From Candidatus Poribacteria bacterium (GTDB taxonomy: Bacteria; Poribacteria; WGA-4E; PCPOR2b): a stretch of 64,000 nucleotides of DNA. Position 1 is the stretch's first letter, and each line of letters starts with the position of its first letter. Positions 10,952 to 21,593 of the stretch are shown here, piece after piece. The notes beneath the pieces are model-generated. The model searched no databases, had not been told where the DNA came from, and worked only from the letters and a program-made list of their open reading frames with translations. The DNA is taken from positions 5,216,001-5,280,000 of the forward strand of contig OZ244587.1 in assembly GCA_965218095.1 (NCBI GenBank), in the 5' to 3' direction. The position numbers were made by a program, and so were the translations under genes.

Positions 10952-11716
10952 ATGCAACAATCCGAAGGGAAACTTCATAATCAGGTGGTGATTGTTACCG
11001 GTGCCGCTCAAGGGATGGGTGCTGCAATTGCCGGTCGTCTGGCAGCGGAAGGTATGAAGGTTGTCTTGAGCGACATCAATGCGGAAAAGGTCGCGCAGGT
11101 CGCTGAGAGAATAAACACCGCCATCGAGGACAGCGCGGTGGCGATGAAAACAGATGTCACGAAGGAGAATGAAGTCGCTGAGATGGTGGAAGCGACTATC
11201 GCGCACTATGGGACCGTTGGTATTCTGGTGAACAATGTGGGGATTCTCTATCCAACACGAATCGACAACATCACCAAAGCCGAGTGGGACGAAGTCATTG
11301 ATGTGAATTTGAATGGCAGCTTTCTGTGCTCAAAAGCGGTGCTGCCGATAATGAAGGCAAACAATTTTGGCCGCATTATCAACATGTCTTCATCAGCAGG
11401 GAGAAGCGTCAGTACGCTTGGTGGGGTTCACTATACCGCCGCCAAAGCGGGAGTCCTCGGTTTGACCAGGGGCATGGCGAAAGAGGTCGCGCCCTTTGGG
11501 ATTACCGTCAATGCCATTTGCCCAGGATTAATCGATACCGAGATGGCACGGGAGAACTGTTCCCCTGAGCAATTGAGGGCGTATGAAGCTAGTTTTCCAA
11601 TTCCCCGGTTGGGAACGCCTGAAGAAGTGGCCCAACTGATATTCTTTCTGGTGATGGATGCACCGTATATCACAGGGGCGTCAATAGACATCAATGGCGG
11701 GGATTTGATGATGTAG
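10952..11716 (+). CDS. SDR family oxidoreductase (FabG-like)
   Basis: TGAAQGMG, NNVG, YTAAK, VNAICPG. Confidence 0.92.
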   Translation: MQQSEGKLHNQVVIVTGAAQGMGAAIAGRLAAEGMKVVLSDINAEKVAQVAERINTAIEDSAVAMKTDVTKENEVAEMVEATIAHYGTVGILVNNVGILYPTRIDNITKAEWDEVIDVNLNGSFLCSKAVLPIMKANNFGRIINMSSSAGRSVSTLGGVHYTAAKAGVLGLTRGMAKEVAPFGITVNAICPGLIDTEMARENCSPEQLRAYEASFPIPRLGTPEEVAQLIFFLVMDAPYITGASIDINGGDLMM

Positions 11717-11725
11717 TATTTACCT

Positions 11726-11780
11726 GTGTCAACTTAGTAGGTCACTCCAACTCTCATACAAAGTCAAGTTAAGTTCACAC
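11726..11780. repeat. Short inverted-repeat element (possible IS/MITE scar)
   Basis: GTGTCAACTTA...TAAGTTCACAC (10/11 IR) in intergenic space. Confidence 0.35.
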
Positions 11781-11807
11781 TAATGATATAGCGTTGCAGT
11801 AATAATA

Positions 11808-13010
11808 ATGGAAGGAAAACGCCAGATGATTGATACGATGAAATCTCATTTGAGGGGGCAACTGGTGGAAATCGAGGAAAGTGGACTGTTTAAAACCGAA
11901 CGAATCATTACCAGTCCACAGCGGGCGAGAATCAACGTCAAAACGGGCCAAACCGTCCTCAATATGTGCACCAATAATTACCTTGGACTTGCGGATGACC
12001 CTGATATTATCGAAACCGCCAAGGCAGGCATAGACAAATGGGGGTACGGTCTCTCGTCTGTGCGCTTCATTTGTGGGACGCAGGAAATCCACAAAACGTT
12101 GGAGGGTAAAATCTCTGAATTCCTCGGTACGGACGATACTATTCTCTATACCTCCTGTTTTGACGCAAACGGGGGGCTGTTTGAAACTCTGCTGACCGAA
12201 GAAGATGCGGTTATCAGCGATGAACTGAACCACGCAAGCATCATCGACGGCATACGGCTGTGCAAAGCGAAACGCTTCCGTTTTAAGAACCGCGACATGG
12301 CTGACCTTGAGGCAAAACTCAAGGAAGCCCAGGACTCGCGCTTTCGTCTGATTGCAACGGACGGTGTGTTCTCCATGGACGGGACCATTGCCAACCTGCA
12401 GGGCATCTGCGATCTCGCAGATGAATACGAGGCGCTGGTCATGATCGACGATTCCCATGCGACGGGATTCCTTGGGGGGCGTGGAAAAGGCACACACGAA
12501 TACCGCGACGTAGTGGGTCAAGTGGACATCATCACCAGCACACTTGGAAAGGCGCTCGGCGGCGCCAGCGGCGGATTGACAAGCGGTAGGGGTGAAATTA
12601 TAGACCTGCTGCGTCAACGTTCACGGCCCTATCTTTTTTCCAACACCCTGGCTCCCAGCATTGTATGTGCGTCCCTGAAGGCGCTTGAGATCATCTCCGC
12701 ATCAACAGCTTTGCGGGACAAGCTTGAGGAAAACACCCGCTATTTCAGAGAAAAAATGTCAGAAGTGGGTTTTGATATTCCGCCGGGCGTCCATCCCATC
12801 GTGCCGATTATGCTTGGGGATGCCGTGTTGTCGCAGAAGATGGCTGCGAAACTCCTCGAAAAAGGTGTGTACGTGATTGGCTTCTTCTATCCCGTGGTTC
12901 CCAAAGGAAAGGCGAGAATCCGAACGCAGATCTCCTCTGCCCATTCCATTGAAGATCTCGATTTCGCCGTCAAGATGTTCGCTGAGGTTAAACAAGAGTT
13001 TGGGATATAA
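11808..13010 (+). CDS. kbl: Glycine C-acetyltransferase (2-amino-3-ketobutyrate CoA ligase)
   Basis: [52 protein letters not shown]; start may be 11826. Confidence 0.95.
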   Translation: MEGKRQMIDTMKSHLRGQLVEIEESGLFKTERIITSPQRARINVKTGQTVLNMCTNNYLGLADDPDIIETAKAGIDKWGYGLSSVRFICGTQEIHKTLEGKISEFLGTDDTILYTSCFDANGGLFETLLTEEDAVISDELNHASIIDGIRLCKAKRFRFKNRDMADLEAKLKEAQDSRFRLIATDGVFSMDGTIANLQGICDLADEYEALVMIDDSHATGFLGGRGKGTHEYRDVVGQVDIITSTLGKALGGASGGLTSGRGEIIDLLRQRSRPYLFSNTLAPSIVCASLKALEIISASTALRDKLEENTRYFREKMSEVGFDIPPGVHPIVPIMLGDAVLSQKMAAKLLEKGVYVIGFFYPVVPKGKARIRTQISSAHSIEDLDFAVKMFAEVKQEFGI

Positions 13011-13017
13011 GTCCTCA

Positions 13018-13050
13018 AACCTTGCGAAGGTTCCGAACCTTCGCAAGGTT
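13018..13050. repeat. Perfect palindrome, REP-like
   Basis: AACCTTGCGAAGGTT-CCG-AACCTTCGCAAGGTT directly after kbl stop. Confidence 0.75.
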
Positions 13051-13072
13051 AGCAAAAGAAAGGAAAACAAAA

Positions 13073-13894
13073 TTGAGAATTATCGATCCACATGTCCACG
13101 TTTGGAAAAATGACTCACAATTCCCCTGGGCGCCAGAGACAGCCAACCCACCAAAGGAAGACGCCACGCCAGAGATGCTACTCCAATTGATGGCTGCTAA
13201 CGGCGTTGAGAAAACTGTCTTGGTGCAGGTGATTCACTATCGCTGGGACAACAGCTATGCTGCCCACGCGATGAAAACCTATCCAGATAAATTCATGGGG
13301 GTCTGCCGAATCAATCCCGAAGACCCCAAATCGCCAGACCATCTTAGTTACTGGACAGAGGAACACGGCTTCCACGGCGTCCGATTGAGCCCTGCCGTTG
13401 GGTCCGCTGGCGATTGGTTCACGGGACCGTTGATGGATCCAATCTTTAGCCGTGCAGAAGCACTTGGTGTCCCGATGCTGATTTTGACCGGCGCGGATCG
13501 GCTGCCTGATCTGGCAGCGATTTTGAAACGCCACGGCGATCTCGACGTAGTCATCGATCACATGGCGGATGCGCCGGCGGATGGCCCCGAAAAACAACAA
13601 CTGCTGCTAGACATGGCGAAATTCCCGCGGGTTTACGTCAAGATCAGTCACACATGGTCGATCTCCAATACCACATATCCCTGGGCGGATATACACGACC
13701 TGGTCAAGAAAGTCTATCACGCATTCGGTGGGCGGCGTATCATGTGGGGGACGGATTGGCCCGTCTGCTTGAGTAAGGCGACTTACGCCCAAACCCTATC
13801 CGTCGTGCGGGACGAGATGGATTTTTTTACGCCCGAAGATCGGGAATGGGTATTGGGCAAAACCGCGCTTCAGCTTTGGAAATTCCCTGAATAA
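13073..13894 (+). CDS. Amidohydrolase_2 family protein
   Basis: IIDPHVHVW, VIDHMA, VYVKIS, MWGTDWP; likely TTG start at 13073. Confidence 0.88.
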   Translation: MRIIDPHVHVWKNDSQFPWAPETANPPKEDATPEMLLQLMAANGVEKTVLVQVIHYRWDNSYAAHAMKTYPDKFMGVCRINPEDPKSPDHLSYWTEEHGFHGVRLSPAVGSAGDWFTGPLMDPIFSRAEALGVPMLILTGADRLPDLAAILKRHGDLDVVIDHMADAPADGPEKQQLLLDMAKFPRVYVKISHTWSISNTTYPWADIHDLVKKVYHAFGGRRIMWGTDWPVCLSKATYAQTLSVVRDEMDFFTPEDREWVLGKTALQLWKFPE

Positions 13895-14092
13895 TTTGCT
13901 ATTAGACGCAAAGCACTGCACGGGCTATCATTGTTCTTTTCATTTTTACGGTCTCCTCCAAAGTTGCTCTCTATTAACCCCGCGTCCCTATTTTTGTTGC
14001 AGTGAAGCTCAATTCTCATAAATCCATGCTTTTCAGTTCGAGGAATTTCGGATATAATGCACATTAGAAAAGTTTGAAAGGAGGCATTCGCC

Positions 14093-14467
14093 ATGCCCTT
14101 TTGTCCGCAATGCAAAGCTGAATATACCGAAGGTGTTTCAATCTGCGCCGATTGCCAGGTTGAACTTGTCCCTGAACGCCTACCGGAGGATACCGTTGAG
14201 TACATCGATTGGGAAGTCGTTCAGGAGGTTCCCACCGAATTTGAAGGCAATCTAATCAAGGGTGTGCTAAGGGGCGGGGGGATTGACGCCGTGGTGCACC
14301 CACACGAGATTCCTGCGCTTGGTGGTGTCCGATTGGAGCCGGAGTGGGGCGAGGTGCTTGTCCACTATGATGAATTACAAGCAGCAAAAGCCCTCGTTGA
14401 GGAATACCTTGCGAGTCTACCTGCAAATGCCCTCGAAAACCAGGACGCAGATCTTGAGACTGTCTAA
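14093..14467 (+). CDS. Zinc-ribbon / DUF2007-like putative signal-transducing protein
   Basis: MPFCPQCKAEY..CADCQVELV; LIKGVLRGGGI..EVLV..AK.L. Confidence 0.7.
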   Translation: MPFCPQCKAEYTEGVSICADCQVELVPERLPEDTVEYIDWEVVQEVPTEFEGNLIKGVLRGGGIDAVVHPHEIPALGGVRLEPEWGEVLVHYDELQAAKALVEEYLASLPANALENQDADLETV

Positions 14468-14474
14468 TTTTGTG

Positions 14475-14503
14475 TTGACAACGCCATCCCGAAACGCTAT
14501 AAT
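14475..14503 (+). promoter_or_regulatory. Consensus sigma70 promoter
   Basis: TTGACA-17 bp-TATAAT upstream of the PorV/PorQ gene. Confidence 0.85.
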
Positions 14504-14566
14504 GACCCGACATTTCCTCGAAACTCATCACCATTCACTTCGTAGATCCCAATTAGGAGGATAGTT

Positions 14567-15517
14567 TTGCCAAGATCCAATCAATATTTCATCCTTTTTA
14601 TATTGTGTGCAATTGCGTTGTCCCCGTGGATTGCAGCCGATGGTGCTGATATTCATGAAAACGCGGGAACTCGGGCGATGACATTTTTGAAGATCGGTGT
14701 TGGCGCCAAAGCCATCGGTATGGGAGAGTCACAGGTTGCTGACGCAAATGATCTTTACGCCACATACTGGAACCCAGCCGGACTTGCACAACTCCAACGC
14801 CCACAACTTGGCTTGATGCACAACGAATGGTTTGAAGGGATTAATCACCAATTCGTTGGCTTTGCACATCCACTCGGTAAGGCGGGAACACTTGGCGGGA
14901 GTTTGATCTACCTCTCCTATGGCGAGCTTGAGGGATACGACATTGATGAAAATGGCGAGCCCGTTAAAACAGAAAACTTTCGTCCTTATGACCTTGCGCT
15001 GATCCTCTCTTACGCCCGTCAACTTGCGTCCGCGTTTTCCCTTGGCGCCAACGCGAAATGGGTCCGTGAAAAGATTGACACGGAAAGCGCGCAAGCTGTC
15101 GCGTTTGATGTCGGCGGTTTGTATACGATTCCCAACAGTTCGCTCTCTCTCGGATTCAACGCCCAACATCTCGGCGCCAAAGCCAAATTTGTTGAGGAAT
15201 CCTTTAGTCTGCCCGTCAATATTAAAGTCGGAGCGGCGTATAAACTCCTTGACGAGGCTTTTACCCTCGCTGTTGATGTGAATCGCCCCACCGATAACGA
15301 CCCTACAATTGGGTTTGGAGCAGCGTTCACGGCATCTGAGCTCATCCACCTGCGGACGGGTTACAAATACAAACTCGGCGGCAACGATTTGGGAACAGCG
15401 TCCGGGATCACCAGCGGAATTGGGTTCACCATTGAAGGCTTCCAAATTGACTACGCTTTTGTTTCCTTCGGAAAACTCGGTTCCGTCCACCGATTCTCGC
15501 TCATCTCGAACTTCTAA
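14567..15517 (+). CDS. PorV/PorQ (UPF0164) family outer-membrane beta-barrel
   Basis: Signal peptide; FLKIGVGAKAIGMGE..YWNPAGL; C-terminal IDYAF..LGSVHRFSL. Confidence 0.85.
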   Translation: MPRSNQYFILFILCAIALSPWIAADGADIHENAGTRAMTFLKIGVGAKAIGMGESQVADANDLYATYWNPAGLAQLQRPQLGLMHNEWFEGINHQFVGFAHPLGKAGTLGGSLIYLSYGELEGYDIDENGEPVKTENFRPYDLALILSYARQLASAFSLGANAKWVREKIDTESAQAVAFDVGGLYTIPNSSLSLGFNAQHLGAKAKFVEESFSLPVNIKVGAAYKLLDEAFTLAVDVNRPTDNDPTIGFGAAFTASELIHLRTGYKYKLGGNDLGTASGITSGIGFTIEGFQIDYAFVSFGKLGSVHRFSLISNF

Positions 15518-16046
15518 GTAAGTTTGCGAATGAAATCATCACAGTTATGGTAAGACTTTCGGTGATAGGTTACCGGAGCGGAAATTGAACCCGCATTACA
15601 TTAGAGATTGTTAGGGCGCACGTACCTTTGTTTAATTTGACCCAATATGTCACTTGATAACGCAGATTTTTGCTGACTGGAAAGTGAAAAACAGGCAAGA
15701 TGACTTACAGATACTTTCCAAGGTGGGCGATAAAAAATTCAAAACCGGTGTAGAATAATATACTACACCTTTAAGAAGTGTTTCTCTATCCCAATGAGGG
15801 ATTTAGATTTAACGGTAACTTTTCGTTCCCAATCAGAAACCACGTACCCAATTTGACAACAGTCCATCTGATGTCTTTGAGCCACCTATACTAATACCCG
15901 AGTGCTTATTCATTGATGTTATTGGCTTGTGAGTCATAGGAGCCTCCTATTACTACTAGAATGAGAGCGGGCATAAAGCCACTGGTTACGGAAAACCAGC
16001 CTAGCCCCTCGGGGGCGTTGAATTCCGTGAACCCACACCATTGGTT

Positions 16047-16075
16047 ATTATACAAAAAAGCTAGAAAAAGGCAAA
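16047..16075 (-). promoter_or_regulatory. Putative sigma70 promoter into the 15520-16040 gap
   Basis: TTTGCC/TTGCCT-16/17 bp-TATAAT on minus strand. Confidence 0.45.
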
Positions 16076-16091
16076 GAAAAATCTAAACACA

Positions 16092-17174
16092 TTACTCCTT
16101 CCACGTTTGGCGCAGTAGCCGCAGCCAGTTGCCATGCAAGATGGCGACGATATCGTCGTCGTTGTAACCCCGATTCGCCAGCAGCTCCACTAACTTTTGC
16201 AGATCGGCGATGGTGTCCAGATCACGGGGCGATTGCTCCCGGCCATAGCCGCCATCCAAATCGGTGCCAATCCCAGCGTGGCGGTTGGCACCCGCCAATT
16301 GGCACACATGGTCAATGTGGTCAACGACGGTGTCCAGTGTGACCTCTTCATTTGTACTCTGGCCGGAGATCCAGCCCGGTTGCAGCATCCACGCATCAAA
16401 AGCCGCACCTATCACACCATCTCGCTCAAAAATTGCTCGCAATTGTGCATCGCTGAACTGACGTTGGTGGGGGACCAGCGCCCGGCAGTTGTTGTGGCTC
16501 GCTAACACCAATCCTTCGTAGTGTTCTAATGCCTCCCAGAAGGCTTGATCGGAGCAGTGCGTGAGATCGAGCGGAACGCCTAACCGCTCCATTTCAGCGA
16601 GCAGCGGCGGGCCGAGCTCGGTCAAGCCCAGTTCCGTGCCTGTGCCGCCTGCATAACGTCCCGGCCCATAATGCGTCAGCCCGAGTAGACGTAGGCCCCC
16701 TTCCACCCATTCCTCTAGCTGATCGGGTTGCAGGATTGGATCCGCGCCCTCCATACTGATCACAAACCCCAGGGGCGGTGTTTCATCTCCATCCGGTTCC
16801 CTCGCTGCCTCCCAGGCTTCCCATGCGTGGATATGACCATCCAAGGTCGGTTGATCTGTAATAATGCGGATGTGCCCCTCGGATTCTAAGGCGTGATAGT
16901 ACGCCAATTGGCCGTGAGCAATACCGTAGGATTGGACCGGCGATGCGTAATCCGCGTGGGGCGCGGGATGCCCTGTGGACCGAGCAAACAGGGTAACAAA
17001 GCAGAGCGCCATCCGGGCCTGATGCATCTCTAGGAATGCAACGGTGCCCTGGCCGCGTCCCTTACCTGGGGTTCCAACTTCCTGGGTACGGATAGTGTAA
17101 GCGGATTGCAACAAGTCTCGGTTCCCTTGCAGTGCGTTATAGGAAAGATCAAGATGGGCATCAATGATTAGCAT
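16092..17174 (-). CDS. Membrane dipeptidase (peptidase M19)
   Basis: IIDAHLDL, SMEGAD, DLTH, ASHNN, GIGTDLDGG. Confidence 0.92.
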   Translation of the reverse strand: MLIIDAHLDLSYNALQGNRDLLQSAYTIRTQEVGTPGKGRGQGTVAFLEMHQARMALCFVTLFARSTGHPAPHADYASPVQSYGIAHGQLAYYHALESEGHIRIITDQPTLDGHIHAWEAWEAAREPDGDETPPLGFVISMEGADPILQPDQLEEWVEGGLRLLGLTHYGPGRYAGGTGTELGLTELGPPLLAEMERLGVPLDLTHCSDQAFWEALEHYEGLVLASHNNCRALVPHQRQFSDAQLRAIFERDGVIGAAFDAWMLQPGWISGQSTNEEVTLDTVVDHIDHVCQLAGANRHAGIGTDLDGGYGREQSPRDLDTIADLQKLVELLANRGYNDDDIVAILHGNWLRLLRQTWKE

Positions 17175-17340
17175 AAACAAAAGCCTCCTCATAAGGTCTC
17201 GTCAAAAACAAATTCGGATTGTCTATTGATTATTGAAAAACAATCGCACGAAATTTCTTCTCAATTATCCATAGCGTATTAGGATTTCTGGATTTTCAAG
17301 ATTATCCCCAATTGCATCGGGATTCAAAGCAACCTGAAAA

Positions 17341-17658
17341 TTATTGAATCGTGTTCCGAATCCCATATTTCTCCATCTTAGAATGGAGCGTATTCCGATT
17401 GATTCCAAGGATTTCAGCAGCTTTCCTACGATTCCAGCCGGTGCGTTGGAGAGCAAGTTCAAATAGCGGTTTTTCAACGGCGACGTAAATTTCTGCTTGA
17501 AGCGAGCCCGAGGCGGCTCCGGATTCAATGAATTCATCCACTCGTTCCGATATAAGGGCGGCAAGGCAATTCTCAAAACCCCCCGGAGCGATTGCAGTAG
17601 GAATTAGACACGCAAGCTCAGGGAAGTGTTCCGGGAGAAGCACCTGACCGGGGCACAT
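17341..17658 (-). pseudogene. C-terminal Fis-HTH fragment of a sigma54-type activator
   Basis: VEKPLFELALQRTGWNRRKAAEILGINRNTLHSKM; no AAA+ domain. Confidence 0.7.
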
Positions 17659-17672
17659 TACATACTCTGGTT

Positions 17673-18707
17673 TTACATTGATAACGTAAGCGGTTTTTCT
17701 TCCTTCAACAAAGCATGCATTAAGTAAGGAATATCCATCATCCGGTCAAGTTGATTCTGTATTGTTCCTCGCTGACTAGCAAGCCAACTTAACACTTGAC
17801 TGATATCGTAGGCATTTCGCACCGGCGCGAAGGAACCGGGGACTTTATCTATAGATCGCACTTTATGCTCGTGGGGCTCAACATCCTGTTCAAATCGATC
17901 GACAAGCTCACCGTCCTTCCCTGTTCTGGCAATATGGTACGCTCTTGCGGCTGCATGGACACCCCATCTTTTGGCGACGGCCTTATCAATCCAATGTTCA
18001 ATTTGACCCGGACTGGGCTTTGCTTCAGATAATTTCTCGCAAGATACCTTCATTAGCTGCCACTGTTGGAGTCGACGTATGTCCCCTGAAGCTTGGTGAA
18101 GTTGGCGCTCTAAGAATTCCTTAATGATACATTCAAGGGGTATGGGCGATTTCCGGTGGATTATTTTCAATCTTGCATCCCGGCGCATCAACATGCCAGT
18201 CCTAAAATTAACACTGCACCACGTTAGGTTAATCTCCAATGTAGTGGTTTTATCCACCGAATTTAAGGCATTCACTCTGAGTAAGACAGTCTCTCCTCCG
18301 TCGCCTGGATCGAATTTGTAATTGGGTAAGGTAAAACTAACCCGCATGCGTTCACCATACTCCGTCAGTGTCAATTCTGCTTCAAGATGCTCTGGATTAA
18401 AGTCAATTTGTTTCAGGGCAGTCTCTAATGCCTCAACAATACGACGATGTTGAACGAGTTCATACTGCTCTGAGACAGTGGCAACGGGTATCTGCACTTC
18501 ATCATCGTTGATTGGTAGAAGATAACCCTGATTCCTCTTGAGAGGTTTCCGTACTATGAGGGTTAGGTATTTATTCACTCCCCCGTCTTCTATGCCAAAC
18601 GGAGCTATCCTAAAACAAGGAATCTCCTGCCGAAGATCGCTAATAGATCCTTTGTCCTCTTTCACTTTTCGCCCCTGCCATGTTTGATTGGACCATGTAA
18701 GTGCCAT
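17673..18707 (-). CDS. DUF932-like phage/plasmid-associated protein
   Basis: VATVSEQYELVQH..GERM..F..LNSVDKTT.L pattern resembles DUF932. Confidence 0.6.
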   Translation of the reverse strand: MALTWSNQTWQGRKVKEDKGSISDLRQEIPCFRIAPFGIEDGGVNKYLTLIVRKPLKRNQGYLLPINDDEVQIPVATVSEQYELVQHRRIVEALETALKQIDFNPEHLEAELTLTEYGERMRVSFTLPNYKFDPGDGGETVLLRVNALNSVDKTTTLEINLTWCSVNFRTGMLMRRDARLKIIHRKSPIPLECIIKEFLERQLHQASGDIRRLQQWQLMKVSCEKLSEAKPSPGQIEHWIDKAVAKRWGVHAAARAYHIARTGKDGELVDRFEQDVEPHEHKVRSIDKVPGSFAPVRNAYDISQVLSWLASQRGTIQNQLDRMMDIPYLMHALLKEEKPLTLSM

Positions 18708-18766
18708 ACCATACTCCTTTCATTCAGTCATGTTCAGAATTTCTCAACAATTGACAATGATCAATC

Positions 18767-20107
18767 CTACCGGACAAGGCGGCGGAAGGGGTCTTTCTTG
18801 AGGTCGCATTCCAGCAGATCGTCCACGTTGCCCGCGTCCAGGCCGGATTTAATCACGCCCAACGCCTCCGCCACCGCTTCGGCGGTCAGGCGGATGTCTT
18901 CTTCGGTGTGGGCAAGGGTTCCCTTGAACCCCATAGCACAGTGGACGCCACGCCTCGCCATTTCCTGGATGAATAGCGTCTTCACTGTGGAAGCCAGCGT
19001 TTCGTCAGGCAGATCGAGGGAGAGCGAAAGGCTGGTGTGGAGCCCGGTACAAGCGCCGGAGAAACCCACAGCAGCAATTGCATCATTCAGGGCGGCGCGC
19101 AAACTCTCGCCAATTTCCTTGAAGCGCGTTTCAGAGTCGCGCCGTTTCAGTTCCCGGATCGTCGTCAGCGCGGCAACCAACCCAATGTTGTCGCTCCAAT
19201 AGGAACTTGAGACGAACATGCGGCTGGTTGGCTCCATTGCCGCTCGCGATCCAACCACAGCGCCCATCGGATAGCCGTTTGACATCGCCTTTGCAACAAC
19301 AGTCATGTCTGGGGTAACACCCAGGTATTTTTGCAGACCGCCGATCGAAAACCGCCAGCCGCAGGACACTTCGTCAAAAATCAGAATGGCGTCATGCTGT
19401 TGGGCGAGGGCTTTGACCCCTTCCAGATACCCGGGATCAGGAAGCTCAGAGCGGGCAGGTTCCATCATAACCGCGGCAATCTCACCTTGATATTCCTCTA
19501 GCAGTCCTTCCAGCATGGCAAGGTCTCCATAGATAAAGGGAATGGCGGTGCCAGCCAACGCCCTGGGTACGCCGATTGGCTCAATCCCTGCAAATGGGTA
19601 CTCGCCGCTTTCCGGGTCAACGCCGTAGTTCGCCGCTTGGTACCAGTCGTGCCACCCATGGTAGCCACAGAAAAGGATCTTGTCTCTGCCGGTTGTCCCG
19701 CGGGCGATGCGAGCTGCAACTGCACAGGCTTCGCCACCTCCTTTGGTGTACCGGACCATCTCGGCGCTGGGAATGGTGTCTATGAGTTCTTCCGCCAAGT
19801 CAATTTCTAAAGGGCCATTTAGGGTGTAAAGGCTACCCCGATCAATTTGCGCTTTGACCGCCGTATCGACAACCGGATCAGCATGACCAAGGATAATCGC
19901 GCCAACCGCATTGACCCAATCGATGAATTCATTGCCATCGACATCGATAAAACGGGAGCCTTTTGCACGTTGGGCATAGACGGGGCTGACGCCGTTGGCA
20001 AACTGGCTGGCTCGACGGCTGATCAGTTGGGTCCAGCCAGGGATAATTTCGCCGGTACGCTGATAGAGTTTGTAAGAACGGGTGACGTCGTGGTTAAGTA
20101 CAGGCAT
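18767..20107 (-). CDS. Class III aminotransferase (glutamate-1-semialdehyde aminomutase-like)
   Basis: DVDGNEFID, GYHGWHDW, LIFDEV, AKAMSNGYP. Confidence 0.88.
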   Translation of the reverse strand: MPVLNHDVTRSYKLYQRTGEIIPGWTQLISRRASQFANGVSPVYAQRAKGSRFIDVDGNEFIDWVNAVGAIILGHADPVVDTAVKAQIDRGSLYTLNGPLEIDLAEELIDTIPSAEMVRYTKGGGEACAVAARIARGTTGRDKILFCGYHGWHDWYQAANYGVDPESGEYPFAGIEPIGVPRALAGTAIPFIYGDLAMLEGLLEEYQGEIAAVMMEPARSELPDPGYLEGVKALAQQHDAILIFDEVSCGWRFSIGGLQKYLGVTPDMTVVAKAMSNGYPMGAVVGSRAAMEPTSRMFVSSSYWSDNIGLVAALTTIRELKRRDSETRFKEIGESLRAALNDAIAAVGFSGACTGLHTSLSLSLDLPDETLASTVKTLFIQEMARRGVHCAMGFKGTLAHTEEDIRLTAEAVAEALGVIKSGLDAGNVDDLLECDLKKDPFRRLVR

Positions 20108-20299
20108 TTGTAACTCCTTTCGGTGTGAAAGTGTTTTGCTTCAGAGCACAGTTGACAAGAATCTGGGTATTTTGTGTTGTGTATTTCGTATTTTTGACGC
20201 GCTACGCAATATGCGCTAGCGGTTCATTACACCAACATGCTCTAGTTTGGTCAATTGATTCTTGAAAATTGGAGGCTTAACTTCGGTCAACTATGCGGC

Positions 20300-20490
20300 T
20301 TCTCCTCTTCCGCCGTTAGCCCATCATCTTAATTTTTCTCCACTAACGCCTCAATCCTTTCCTAGACGTGAGTCGACGCTTTGAAAATCGGAACGCCTTC
20401 AACAAGTTCGATTCGGACGGCCCCTTCGATAGGTAGTGATGCCGGCAGCGTTTGGAGATTCGGTAAGGGGTGAACAAGCAGGTTATTCAT
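20300..20490 (-). pseudogene. Small antitoxin-like gene remnant
   Basis: MNNLLVHPLPNLQTLPASLPIEGAVRIELVEGVPIFKASTHV*ERIEAL then frameshift to GLTAEEEK. Confidence 0.5.
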
Positions 20491-20549
20491 TGTGGTTCTC
20501 TCCTTGTGATAGCGTTTTTCCGGGTTTGCACGAGCGCAAAGTTTCGGGA

Positions 20550-21560
20550 TTAATCCTGCCAATTAAAGATGACACCCAACATCGACTTCTCCCGATCATA
20601 TGCCATCTCGTAGGCTTTGACCATCTCGGTATAATGAAGACGATGGGTGATTAACCGCTTCGGCTCAAGGAGACCGTCAGCCATCAGGAAAACGATATAA
20701 TCCCCAGAACGGTCATTACTAAATCGGTCTGCGGATGTTGGATACAGATAACCGGACGGCCCCGACACAGCGATGATAGAGATGCCCTTATTATAGAACC
20801 ATTCCATCGCCAGCGGATTAAAATCAAGGGGCGGTTCGCCGCGCCCGAGAAGGCTGACGATAGAAACGCGTCCGTTGTGCCGGACGATCTCTACAGAGGT
20901 GCGGAACGCGGGCCAAGGATTCGCGGTGAGGATGACCAAGTCAATGCCGACGCCGTGGGTGAATTCATCCAGCTTCGCTTCGAGATCGGGGTCATCGGAC
21001 ATGTACGCGGCGTGAGCCCCCATCTGCTCTGCCATCTCTAGGCGGATGAGGCTGTTACCAATTCCTACCACTCGCGCCCCAAAAGGCGGACCAAGCGCAA
21101 CCGCGCCCAGCCCGAGCACACCCAGCCCAACCACTGCCACATATTCGCCCGGTTGGAAATGCGCTTTTCGGTAGCAGTGGCCGCTGAGGGCGTAGAGGTG
21201 TGTGTAGACCGCATCTTCCGGATGGACGCCATCCGGGACTCTGACAATGCTGGCGGATTCGTTGGTGATGTATTCGGATTGGTGGGGCTGCCGGGTCACC
21301 ACCCGGTCGCCAATCCGGACGCGGGTAACAGCGCTCCCCACGCCGTGAACAATCCCCAAATTACTGTCGCCGACCCATCGAGGGTAATCGGGCGCGCCCG
21401 GAACCTGGTCCGCGCCTTCGTAGTTGCCGCGGTCGGTCCCGATTTTCAGGGCGGTAATCTCAGTCTCGATCCAGATTTCGTCAGGTTTCAGGTTGCTGGT
21501 ATCAAGAGGTTGCTCCTCAATACGCAGGTCCCTCGGACCGTAAAGAATTGGAATTTTCAT
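20550..21560 (-). CDS. MDR-family (zinc-binding-like) dehydrogenase
   Basis: GPRDLRIEE, VAVVGLGVLG, LITHR. Confidence 0.85.
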   Translation of the reverse strand: MKIPILYGPRDLRIEEQPLDTSNLKPDEIWIETEITALKIGTDRGNYEGADQVPGAPDYPRWVGDSNLGIVHGVGSAVTRVRIGDRVVTRQPHQSEYITNESASIVRVPDGVHPEDAVYTHLYALSGHCYRKAHFQPGEYVAVVGLGVLGLGAVALGPPFGARVVGIGNSLIRLEMAEQMGAHAAYMSDDPDLEAKLDEFTHGVGIDLVILTANPWPAFRTSVEIVRHNGRVSIVSLLGRGEPPLDFNPLAMEWFYNKGISIIAVSGPSGYLYPTSADRFSNDRSGDYIVFLMADGLLEPKRLITHRLHYTEMVKAYEMAYDREKSMLGVIFNWQD

Positions 21561-21593
21561 AGCATCTCCCTACAAGCGACCATACACAGCGTT

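Noticed and set aside
11775-12617. Long antisense ORFs (also 14729-15490, 44489-45175, 46258-46905, 3683-4351)
   Set aside because: Shadows of well-supported genes on the opposite strand, with no motifs
15566-15596. tRNA-like T-arm GCGGGTTCAATTTCCGC on minus strand
   Set aside because: No matching acceptor 5' strand, D-arm or anticodon arm found
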